Under the pieces are notes generated by a model. That model saw only the letters and a list, made by a program, of their open reading frames with translations. It searched no databases and was not told the DNA's origin. DNA of 64,000 nt from a virus (taxonomy: Duplodnaviria; Caudoviricetes). The DNA is taken from IMG/VR virus record IMGVR_UViG_3300036964_000424, positions 36,290-100,289 of that record; one strand, written 5' to 3'. The translations under genes and the position numbers were made by a program. How positions within the stretch are numbered: position 1 is the stretch's first letter; each line of letters starts with the position of its first letter. Positions 56,043 through 64,000 of this stretch are shown piece by piece.

Positions 56043-57662
56043 TCACTTATTCGATTTCACTCTAGATAAATTCGATCCTTGGGAGCGTGTGCTTTCTCCA
56101 CTATCCGTCAATTCGTCCTCCGATATTTCTGGTCTGCCTGCTTCCTTGGTCGAGCTGGAACTCTGCTGATAGGCAGATATAATAGGAGTTAGATTTTCTG
56201 TCCAGTTATTTACCCGTGCTTCTGAAAGTTGATTTTGAAATGTAAATGGGCTTTTACCAATAGAAGCGGCTATGGTTTGTGGAAGCACAATTCCTAATTC
56301 AGCCAATTTTATTGCTGTATCTAATCTCCGCTGGCGATCTAAATATACATTAGATCCTTCTAGCTTTATTGAAAACTTATAATACTTTGTGCGTTTATTA
56401 ATGTGATAATCAAGAAAAGCATTAAAATATGGATAGATTTCTTGTGCCGCTAAAACATCAGCATCCGATGACAGCATTGATTCTATTGTATTTATACGAT
56501 GGTCTCCTCCTGAATACAATATGCTAGAATTAACGCCAGAACTTCCTAAAGTATTTTTAGTCCAGCTAGATTGGATATCATTGCTTCCGGTAAACTCTAC
56601 GCCCCTAATTGAATTCAAAGGAGCAACTGCAACATTAACGGCATCATCTATAGCCGACTTCATTAGTTGCATAAAATGACCTAATAATTCAGGTGCTATT
56701 GCAAACGCATCTTTCACTGTAGCCTTTGTATCTTTATTTAGCAATGGCACTTCCCCAGTTAATAATTTAACTGCTTGGCTTGCATAAACATTTTTCTGCA
56801 AAGCCCTAATTAAATTTTGATTAACTAAATCGGGGAATAATCCACAAAAATATGGCGTTCTAGTGGCAATTGTACTATTAAGTTTCCATCCCCAGAATCC
56901 ATCTACGGGACTGCAGTCGCCTATATAAACCCACAGATTATTACTTCTTTTATCAATATCTATAGAAGGATTATATACCGAATTATTGCCGGAAAACAAT
57001 CTACTATAAGTTTCTTTGAAAATAGGAGGATATAAATCTAAATCAATGCCCTGCCTTAAAAAGAATGAATAATCAAAGCTAAATAATAGCCCATAATCCC
57101 ATCGCCCTGTAATAATACAATAATCGGACGGCAGTTGCTGCAGAATATATTTCTTTCCTTCATCCCTTAGAACTGAAAAAAAACTATCAGCTCTATAAAG
57201 TTCCTTTGTTACTTTTGCAAATTCACTTTTATGATCAAAAGAATCCATGAACTTAGCAACTACTTCTAGATCCTTTTTATATTTAGTAGTTTTATAATTA
57301 GATTCATCTCCTATATTAGTACATTCATAAGTCCAATCCCAGGATAATAAATCGCTCATATATCCAATTAATCTTCTATATGGAGTGCTACTTACTTCAA
57401 AAGATTCAGACATTTCCAACAAGGTTTTTTCTGATTCTTTAGGGTTTTCTAAAGCCCTTTCAACGCTATCCGAATTTATTTTTCGGCTTGAAGTAAGCGT
57501 TATATCCCGCATACGAGAATTTAATGAAAGTGGATTAAAAACATTAGGATATATTCCCGCTCCTCTGGAAAGCCTTTCTGCAAAACTTAAAGCATTCAAT
57601 ATCTCTTCTTCGGAGGATAAAACTTCACCTTCAGGTGCCTTATTTATTTTTTTAGTTGCCAA
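56043..57662 (-). CDS. Portal protein
   Basis: 539 aa, directly after the terminase large subunit; Y.RLI.Y, LQQLPSDYC.I.G, FD.S.F. Confidence 0.78.
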   Translation of the reverse strand: MATKKINKAPEGEVLSSEEEILNALSFAERLSRGAGIYPNVFNPLSLNSRMRDITLTSSRKINSDSVERALENPKESEKTLLEMSESFEVSSTPYRRLIGYMSDLLSWDWTYECTNIGDESNYKTTKYKKDLEVVAKFMDSFDHKSEFAKVTKELYRADSFFSVLRDEGKKYILQQLPSDYCIITGRWDYGLLFSFDYSFFLRQGIDLDLYPPIFKETYSRLFSGNNSVYNPSIDIDKRSNNLWVYIGDCSPVDGFWGWKLNSTIATRTPYFCGLFPDLVNQNLIRALQKNVYASQAVKLLTGEVPLLNKDTKATVKDAFAIAPELLGHFMQLMKSAIDDAVNVAVAPLNSIRGVEFTGSNDIQSSWTKNTLGSSGVNSSILYSGGDHRINTIESMLSSDADVLAAQEIYPYFNAFLDYHINKRTKYYKFSIKLEGSNVYLDRQRRLDTAIKLAELGIVLPQTIAASIGKSPFTFQNQLSEARVNNWTENLTPIISAYQQSSSSTKEAGRPEISEDELTDSGESTRSQGSNLSRVKSNK

Positions 57663-57715
57663 TTATTATTACCTCCTTTCTATTTTAATGAGGTTATATT
57701 TTTTTAACAAAAGCT

Positions 57716-59554
57716 TTACCATGTATACGTCATACTCGATATATAATCCCAATCACTAAGTTTATTTTCAGAATTTTCTTTTAATAATTCCTGATCAAAA
57801 TAGGATATAATCCAATTACAATAAGATACTGCTGAATATCTATCTTTATAGCATCCCGATTTTTCTGATAACTTTATTTTTCCACCAACTAAGCTCATAT
57901 CCAAATTAATACATTCTCCAATCATAAGTCCCGTATTAATATATGGATTTAAAAAGAATGACGAAATATTCGTATCATTAATATCTTTAGTAAATTCTTT
58001 TGTATTTTTAATGAGAAATTCTTCGGCTTCTCCTTCTCCAATTAAGAAGTTCCATAATTTTTTCTGTAATGAAATTCTGAATGCATTGGCTATTTGGCTA
58101 TTCAGATCCTGATTCGCCATAATAGGAAATATGACTTCTCTTGGGTTTAAGCTGCGGGTATGATCTCTTCGCAATTCTTCGCGCAGATCCTGTTTTACAA
58201 ATTCAAATTCATCTCCAGCAACTCCAAGCGGATCATAGGTTATTCCTCTGTCTTCGCATAGTGTCGGTTCAGTCAGCGAATCGAAAACGCCAATTCCTGC
58301 ATTCTGAAGATCCATTACTAAATAATCCGCATCAAAGTCAAAAAAGATATCTTTGATCCTTCTTGCTTGCACGCCGACATCTCTACCTTTATATGATTCC
58401 ATATAAACAAGATGCCTTTCATAACCTTTATTTAGAATAGGAATTGCACGAACACAAAGAATAATACTATTATCATTCGCTTTATTTGCTCGGGTAGCAA
58501 TATCAACTGATACAAATCTTATCTCTCCATCTACCTTTTTAAGATCATAAGGATTCTTTTTTATATCATAATTATCATCCTTTTGCGGATAAAATGCCCT
58601 TTTCAGATTTCTAGGAAATAGGCTTGGCTTAAAATAGCTCTTCCCGCTAGATCCGCTAGGTATATTTAAGTATTCCATTTGCACGGAAACTTCATCCATA
58701 TCAGCCATTTCATTCTTTATCATATCTTCTGTTTTTATATTATGATATAATGTTATAAGATAGTCAAAAGCTAAGAAGCTGGCTGTTTCGTCCCCCATAA
58801 TCATTCTTTTTATACAAGATTTTACATAAGTATACCAATATTCAGAAGTATACCATGCAGAAGTAATATAAGCCATCCTACCTTCTTCTTTTAATTCTGG
58901 GATGTTTTTATATTTTGATTCCAGTCTAAAAGGCGGAGTTCTTACTTCTAGCATTGGCTTAATAACCTGCTCTAATATCTGCTTCGGAACAAGTCTAGCC
59001 TCTTCTATTATTATATAATTGGCACGAAATCCCCTTGCAGTATCTGCGCTAGGCACAACCCTAATAGTGCTTCCATTATGAAAAATAGCCTCGCATAAAT
59101 TAGAACTAATTGATATATGGTCTATTTCTCTTGCTACGTTGGGATAAGTATTGCTCAAGGCACTTATTTTTTCGCTAACTATTAAGCCTCCTTGCTTTAT
59201 CGTTTTAGAACAAGCAATTATTTTAATCCCAGGATATAATACCGCTAAAGTAAGTGTCCATACCGCTATAATCCATGTCTTAGCAGTGGCTCGGCTAGCA
59301 ACAATATATGCAAAATTACTTTTTTGCAAAGCGTATATCATTAAAATTTGATAAGGATATAGTTTTATACCAAAATAAAGTTCAATGAATCTATGCGGAT
59401 TTCTTCTAAAAAAAGTAATCCATCGCTTATATCTACTTCGGCGATCATCCAATATATCTGCAGACCTGACCATGGATTTCGGTCTAACAAACAGATTTTG
59501 TGAATTTATATCTTTTCGTTCTTGATTCTTATATGGTCTAAATGGATTAGGCAT
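57716..59554 (-). CDS. terL: Terminase large subunit
   Basis: F.RNPHRF..Y.GI.L..YQ, ASRATAKT (Walker A), F.NGS.I, ARGFRAN.IIIEEAR (Walker B), YITSAW, VDIA..ND.S, KDRYSA. Confidence 0.92.
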   Translation of the reverse strand: MPNPFRPYKNQERKDINSQNLFVRPKSMVRSADILDDRRSRYKRWITFFRRNPHRFIELYFGIKLYPYQILMIYALQKSNFAYIVASRATAKTWIIAVWTLTLAVLYPGIKIIACSKTIKQGGLIVSEKISALSNTYPNVAREIDHISISSNLCEAIFHNGSTIRVVPSADTARGFRANYIIIEEARLVPKQILEQVIKPMLEVRTPPFRLESKYKNIPELKEEGRMAYITSAWYTSEYWYTYVKSCIKRMIMGDETASFLAFDYLITLYHNIKTEDMIKNEMADMDEVSVQMEYLNIPSGSSGKSYFKPSLFPRNLKRAFYPQKDDNYDIKKNPYDLKKVDGEIRFVSVDIATRANKANDNSIILCVRAIPILNKGYERHLVYMESYKGRDVGVQARRIKDIFFDFDADYLVMDLQNAGIGVFDSLTEPTLCEDRGITYDPLGVAGDEFEFVKQDLREELRRDHTRSLNPREVIFPIMANQDLNSQIANAFRISLQKKLWNFLIGEGEAEEFLIKNTKEFTKDINDTNISSFFLNPYINTGLMIGECINLDMSLVGGKIKLSEKSGCYKDRYSAVSYCNWIISYFDQELLKENSENKLSDWDYISSMTYTW

Positions 59555-59569
59555 AACTATTTACCTCCA

Positions 59570-60571
59570 TTAAGATATATCGGGTTCGCCAAATTCAGCA
59601 ATGCCCTCTTCTTCGATATCATTCGCGAAATCATCGTCATCGGAATCATCTGCTTCAATATTAAAATCTCTACTACGAGTCACAAAATTTTTTAATGGTC
59701 TTGTTACATACTTTTTGAAATAAGAATCAATATTATCATAATCTTTGAAAAGTTCTTTATCTTCAAAATATTCAGCAGGTTCATTTTGCTCTATTATTTC
59801 TATAATATTCGAAAATGTTTCGCGGGCTTTACCTGAATTCGCAATAGAAGTTTTAGCGGGATCAACACTTGCCGTTTTCATTAAATCTTGCAATTCTTTA
59901 ACTAAAGCCGCAGGAGTTGCTCCATTTCCGCTCTTTCTTTTTTTCCTAATTTCAAGACTTTTATGGCAAATTTCTTTTAATAAAACTTCTTCCGCTTTTG
60001 TATCGCATTTGTGCGTTTTCTTCCACTCACTCATTTCTTTTTCTAGAAATAGATAATCTTCAAAATCAAGATTTTCACCCCAATAAATCTTTAGATCCTT
60101 ATCTACATCTGTATTTTCATCCGTTGATTGTTCTACATATATAGAAGGTTCTTTAAAAGTAAGGTCTCCTTTATGCAAATTCCCATTATAAGTTGCACCA
60201 CCTAATGTAGCTAGCTTAGCCTTGTAAATACTAAACACCCTATCGACAGCCTTCCCTTTTTCATATAATCCCTTTAGCGTTTCAATAGTCTTATCTACAA
60301 TCACTTCGTCATAAACAACATTTAGCTTTCTACAAGTTCTAAGTAATGCTCTTGCAATATCTTTTTCCTCATTATAATAGTCAGTATATATTTCTTGGCA
60401 ACATGATTTGCAAATAGAAAAATATCCATTTCTATCAAGTTCTAAATCTGTTGCAAAAAAGAAATCTGAATATTTTTTTGTAGTCATGCACCTTCGGCAA
60501 TAAATAGTATTGACTTCGATGCCTGTCTTACTAATATTCTTTTTAACTTTTTTTTTACTTATCATTGACAC
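59570..60571 (-). CDS. Putative terminase small subunit (Zn finger)
   Basis: CRRC/CKSC, WG.....EDY..LE, I..IE..EPA; directly upstream of terL. Confidence 0.6.
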   Translation of the reverse strand: MSMISKKKVKKNISKTGIEVNTIYCRRCMTTKKYSDFFFATDLELDRNGYFSICKSCCQEIYTDYYNEEKDIARALLRTCRKLNVVYDEVIVDKTIETLKGLYEKGKAVDRVFSIYKAKLATLGGATYNGNLHKGDLTFKEPSIYVEQSTDENTDVDKDLKIYWGENLDFEDYLFLEKEMSEWKKTHKCDTKAEEVLLKEICHKSLEIRKKRKSGNGATPAALVKELQDLMKTASVDPAKTSIANSGKARETFSNIIEIIEQNEPAEYFEDKELFKDYDNIDSYFKKYVTRPLKNFVTRSRDFNIEADDSDDDDFANDIEEEGIAEFGEPDIS

Positions 60572-60625
60572 TCCAAAATAGGTAACCTATTTATTAAATT
60601 ACAATTTAATAATTATCAATTCTTA

Positions 60626-61435
60626 CTATTTTATCAATTCCGCTAATCTAGCTACAGCAGAACGTTCTATTCTATCAAGTTCAACTGCACCAAATAACTC
60701 ATTTCCCTGTAATCCTTCAAGCATGGCTAGCATTCCATTATCTTTCTCAAAATTTTTATGATCAATTTGGGATAAATCAAAATCTAATATTAATCTACTA
60801 TCCTCGCCAACCCGCGTTATTATCATCTTTATTAATTCAGTATTTAAATTTTGGCTTTCATTACATAAAATTATTGAGTTATTTATACTTCTACTCCTCA
60901 TATCTCCCAAATAACTTATTTGTATTTTATTTTGTTGTAAAAAATTATCAAAAAAAAGATCACCTATAATATCAGCCATAAATAAACACGAATTTTTTTG
61001 TTTTTCCGTAGCATCGCCAGGAAGTATTCCTAATTGTGGAACACCCTGCACAGATATTCCATTTCTTATTATAACTAATCTTTCATATTTGCCCGCCTGT
61101 AATTCTTGCAAAGCATAAGCTGTAGCCATGAAGGTTTTACCTGAACCGGCGACGCCTAGGGCAGCTTTAACATAAATTTTGTCATTGCATAAAAGATCCA
61201 TATACAATTCTTGCCGCAAATTTCTAGGTTTAATTTTCCCTAAAATTTGAGACTCAAGCGGCTGGTATTTTAATTTAACAAATTTAGAACCATCATATCT
61301 AAATTTATCAACAATTTCATTGCCAAGTTTTAATAGTAAATATTGATTTCTAATCGCATCAACTTTTAATGTTCCAGTATAAAAATTTGCAAGTTCCTGT
61401 TCTGTTACTACAATTTCTTTTACGCCAGTATACAC
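60626..61435 (-). CDS. phoH: PhoH-like ATPase
   Basis: PRN.RQ, G.AGSGKT, G.LPG...EK, MRSRS, NESQN, ITRVGE.S, D..QID, RS.VA; GTG start after GGAGGT (track start 61483). Confidence 0.88.
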   Translation of the reverse strand: MYTGVKEIVVTEQELANFYTGTLKVDAIRNQYLLLKLGNEIVDKFRYDGSKFVKLKYQPLESQILGKIKPRNLRQELYMDLLCNDKIYVKAALGVAGSGKTFMATAYALQELQAGKYERLVIIRNGISVQGVPQLGILPGDATEKQKNSCLFMADIIGDLFFDNFLQQNKIQISYLGDMRSRSINNSIILCNESQNLNTELIKMIITRVGEDSRLILDFDLSQIDHKNFEKDNGMLAMLEGLQGNELFGAVELDRIERSAVARLAELIK

Positions 61436-61542
61436 TAATAAACCTCCGAAACGCAAGAAATTTAGTATGGCTAATCCGTCCAATAAGCGGACTATCTTCT
61501 GTTTTTATAAAAGGATAGTTTTATTTCCGTTCTCTATAAACA

Positions 61543-61570
61543 GGAAAGATGCTTTATAAAGCATCCTTCC
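61543..61570 (-). terminator. Hairpin after the phosphoesterase gene
   Basis: GGAAAGATGCTTT-AT-AAAGCATCCTTCC. Confidence 0.5.
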
Positions 61571-61634
61571 CATAAATAGGCAACATATTTCTAATTGTAT
61601 CTTCTTTTCCATTATAAGTTATTAGCGGATTACC

Positions 61635-62921
61635 CTATTCGACAATAATATTCAAAACATTCTCGATGCCATTTTCTTTGTCTACAATAAAGCATTGTGT
61701 CTTTTTTTCTGTTTGCACATATCCGCTTTCAGTGCTCCATCTAGACCATCCGCTAATAGTAGGCAATCTATATATTTCAACAAAGCCCTGTTTTTCATAT
61801 ATCATACCCGTATGCAGATGCCCCAATAGCCAATAAAAATGGTTGCACTCGCTCCATTGATCTTTAATCTCAGTAGACATTATTTCCAATGCTTTTTTTA
61901 CTGGAAGATTATGCGATAATCCGAAAATATTCTTTCCAAACCGGTAATATTTCCTAGGCAAAGGGGAACAATCAATATCTATATTTTTATCATCTTTAAA
62001 ATAATAAGATACAGCCTTCATGATAGAATAGAATGATTGGGAATCGTGATTCCCTTGAATAGAAATTACTTTTACCTTAGATATTTCTGATAAACTAAGT
62101 ATAATTTTAATAATCAATTCACTAGCATCATCTATTGCATCATACCACAAGCTAGTATTATCCTGATATACACCCTTGGTTGTTGTCCCCAAAATATTAT
62201 CGAAATTTAAGAAATCATTTCCAGCAATAAAAACAACTTCTTCAAACGATTGATTGGATACCTTATTTTTAAGCTCATCTATTGTTTGCCAAACCAAGTA
62301 TTCCGCTATTTTTTGATTATATTCATTCCCTGTAGATTTATCAGTAGCAAGCAAGCAATAGTGCAAATCAGCTAAAGGAAAAATCAATGATTTTCCATTG
62401 TTCTTAAAGCTTTTTGGCTGTGATTTAATGGGATTCAAATCTTTTATTTTTAAATTATCAAAGAGATTATTGATTGATTCTTCCGTCCATTTAGGAAGAG
62501 CCGGTTTAACAGTAATTTTGCTTTGATATAATAATTGCTTCTTCCCTCCTTTTTCTTGCATGTGCCAAAGATTATTTTTAGCTGAAACCAATTCAAAGGC
62601 GGATGGATTAAACTTATGGGCTTTTAGCAGTGCCTCGGGATTATTCTTATCCATCTCACTAATTTCAATTAGACGATCACTCGTTATACTGCCATCTGCC
62701 TTTATTTCTTCACTTATCTTATAATTATCTTTATTATAATCTAAATTAGTATCAGCATTCTTGCCAGGGATCCCTCTTCTATCTCGTTCTCTTTTGAAGC
62801 TATTTCGCAATGCTTCGGCGCTACTATAGGAAAATTTTTCTGCAAGAGAGCTCCATGTTTCTCCCAATTTCCAACCGGAAATATAGTGCTTATAACATTC
62901 TTCAAAAATTGATTTTTCCAA
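61635..62921 (-). CDS. Calcineurin-like metallophosphoesterase with N-terminal HTH-like region
   Basis: ADLH, GND, GNHD, SH, GHLH. Confidence 0.85.
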   Translation of the reverse strand: MEKSIFEECYKHYISGWKLGETWSSLAEKFSYSSAEALRNSFKRERDRRGIPGKNADTNLDYNKDNYKISEEIKADGSITSDRLIEISEMDKNNPEALLKAHKFNPSAFELVSAKNNLWHMQEKGGKKQLLYQSKITVKPALPKWTEESINNLFDNLKIKDLNPIKSQPKSFKNNGKSLIFPLADLHYCLLATDKSTGNEYNQKIAEYLVWQTIDELKNKVSNQSFEEVVFIAGNDFLNFDNILGTTTKGVYQDNTSLWYDAIDDASELIIKIILSLSEISKVKVISIQGNHDSQSFYSIMKAVSYYFKDDKNIDIDCSPLPRKYYRFGKNIFGLSHNLPVKKALEIMSTEIKDQWSECNHFYWLLGHLHTGMIYEKQGFVEIYRLPTISGWSRWSTESGYVQTEKKTQCFIVDKENGIENVLNIIVE

Positions 62922-62932
62922 GTTTTTCCCTT

Positions 62933-63265
62933 TTAAAGTGTAACTTTACTGTTTTCTATGTCCGACAAATATTTAGAGGCTTCTAATTGTAATTTTGTTA
63001 TTTCTAATTGATATTGAAGTGCCATTTTTAATTTTATTATATCTACAATATTTTTTTCTGACAATCCTAAAGCATTTATACTCCCAATAAAGCCAAGAAT
63101 TGCTGAACCGTCTAAAGTGCCGGATTTCATCGCTTCAGAATCTGGGTCTAAACTAAAACCAGGATAATTATAATTCTCAATATTGCACAATTTATCTAAA
63201 TCTATATCTTCTGATTCTTTATTTGGGATAGTCTTTGCTTCGTTATCTAAATCTATGTTTTTCAT
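62933..63265 (-). CDS. Hypothetical protein
   Basis: AAGGA RBS, 110 aa, in operon. Confidence 0.6.
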   Translation of the reverse strand: MKNIDLDNEAKTIPNKESEDIDLDKLCNIENYNYPGFSLDPDSEAMKSGTLDGSAILGFIGSINALGLSEKNIVDIIKLKMALQYQLEITKLQLEASKYLSDIENSKVTL

Positions 63266-63278
63266 TTATTTTTCCTTG

Positions 63279-63887
63279 TTATATAATTTTATCAATTAAT
63301 CCAAGCTCAAGCGCTTCTTCCGGCCAAAAGTAAAACTCTTTTTTATGCTTTACAATATCATCAAGTTTTTCTTTCGTAAGTTTGCTTTTCTTCATTAAAA
63401 GTTCACTCAGTAATTTCCAGATTGCTTCATGCTCTTCATAATTATTTTTTATATCCTCTTTCGATTGAAATCCAAAGTTATAGCTTCCAACATCATGGAT
63501 CATAAATCGAGTATATCTTTGGGCATACCTTTTAGTGCCTGCACTAAGCAAATTTACTGCCGCAGACATACAGCAAGCATAAGCCATTGTAATCACTTCA
63601 TATCCTTTTTCTTGTGCTCTTTCTATAGCGGATACTATACTCAAGGCTGAGAATACTTCGCCGCCTGTAGAAGAAATCTTGATTGTTATTGGCTGTTTGA
63701 TCCCATTTATATCGGGGATGCATAGCTTTTCTATCATACGGTTTGTTATAAAGGCGGTATTATCATTAATAGATTCCCAAATATAAATCGTCCTTTCAGA
63801 TTGAAAAGCATTTAACTGCATTTCTTGAACAAGACCTGTTTTTAAATCTAACTCATTTTGGGCATTATCCTCTTCAATATAATCCAT
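63279..63887 (-). CDS. clpP: ClpP-family serine protease
   Basis: R.IY, I.I.ISS.GG.V, CMSAA (catalytic Ser), FMIHD (His), EALELGLIDKI. Confidence 0.88.
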   Translation of the reverse strand: MDYIEEDNAQNELDLKTGLVQEMQLNAFQSERTIYIWESINDNTAFITNRMIEKLCIPDINGIKQPITIKISSTGGEVFSALSIVSAIERAQEKGYEVITMAYACCMSAAVNLLSAGTKRYAQRYTRFMIHDVGSYNFGFQSKEDIKNNYEEHEAIWKLLSELLMKKSKLTKEKLDDIVKHKKEFYFWPEEALELGLIDKII

Positions 63888-64000
63888 AATTATATACCTT
63901 TCTAAAAAGAATAGTTAAATTATATAAACTTTACTCTATACTTATAAAATATATCTTTCATTATAAAAAAAATATTTTTACATTATTTCTTCTGGATTAA

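Larger units (their letters stand above)
55..63961. repeat. Dispersed intergenic palindrome ATAAAA-N6-TTTTAT (7 copies found)
   Basis: Perfect at 55-72, 6473-6490, 18604-18621, 26618-26635, 61507-61524; one mismatch at 19409-19426 and 63944-63961. Confidence 0.7.
1..64000. mobile_element. Tailed dsDNA bacteriophage genome segment (siphovirus, SPbeta-like structural gene order)
   Basis: Terminase-portal-protease-capsid-neck-tail-tape measure-baseplate operon on the - strand, phage replication and nucleotide genes on the + strand, no host housekeeping genes. Confidence 0.95.

Noticed and set aside
1-64000. Stop-codon reassignment
   Set aside because: Genes are full length in the standard code and TAA, TAG and TGA all act as stops

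Overview
This window is 64 kb of an AT-rich tailed dsDNA phage (siphovirus) whose structural gene order resembles SPbeta-type phages; the host cannot be determined from the sequence. The + strand arm (1-24.8 kb) carries recombination and replication genes (Sak4-like ATPase, SSB, Prim-Pol, DnaB, PD-(D/E)xK nuclease, family B DNA polymerase), a ~9.3 kb sugar-nucleotide/glycosyltransferase cluster, nucleotide metabolism genes (ThyX-like, 5'-nucleotidase, dNMP kinase, class II RNR split by a group I intron, dUTPase) and three DNA methyltransferases. The - strand arm (64-24.9 kb) carries ClpP, a metallophosphoesterase, PhoH, terminase, portal, ferritin, head protease, capsid, a glycosyltransferase inside the head-neck module, tail, lysis, tape measure, baseplate/fibre genes and a fourth methyltransferase. 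The arms converge on a bidirectional terminator at ~24.8 kb. The strongest candidate for an undescribed system is a phage-encoded virion glycosylation apparatus: 8 glycosyltransferase(-like) genes plus a 3,6-dideoxyhexose-type pathway, paired with a strong enrichment of an S-[G/A]-S tripeptide in surface-exposed virion proteins (a putative O-glycosylation sequon). Other notable items are a PolB fused to a DnaE-like C-terminus, a group I intron whose truncated LAGLIDADG ORF reads in frame into nrdJ exon 2, an orphan DGR-type variable region, a captured M.EcoRV-like methylase and a dispersed intergenic ATAAAA-N6-TTTTAT palindrome. All product calls come from motif recognition by eye, not database searches.
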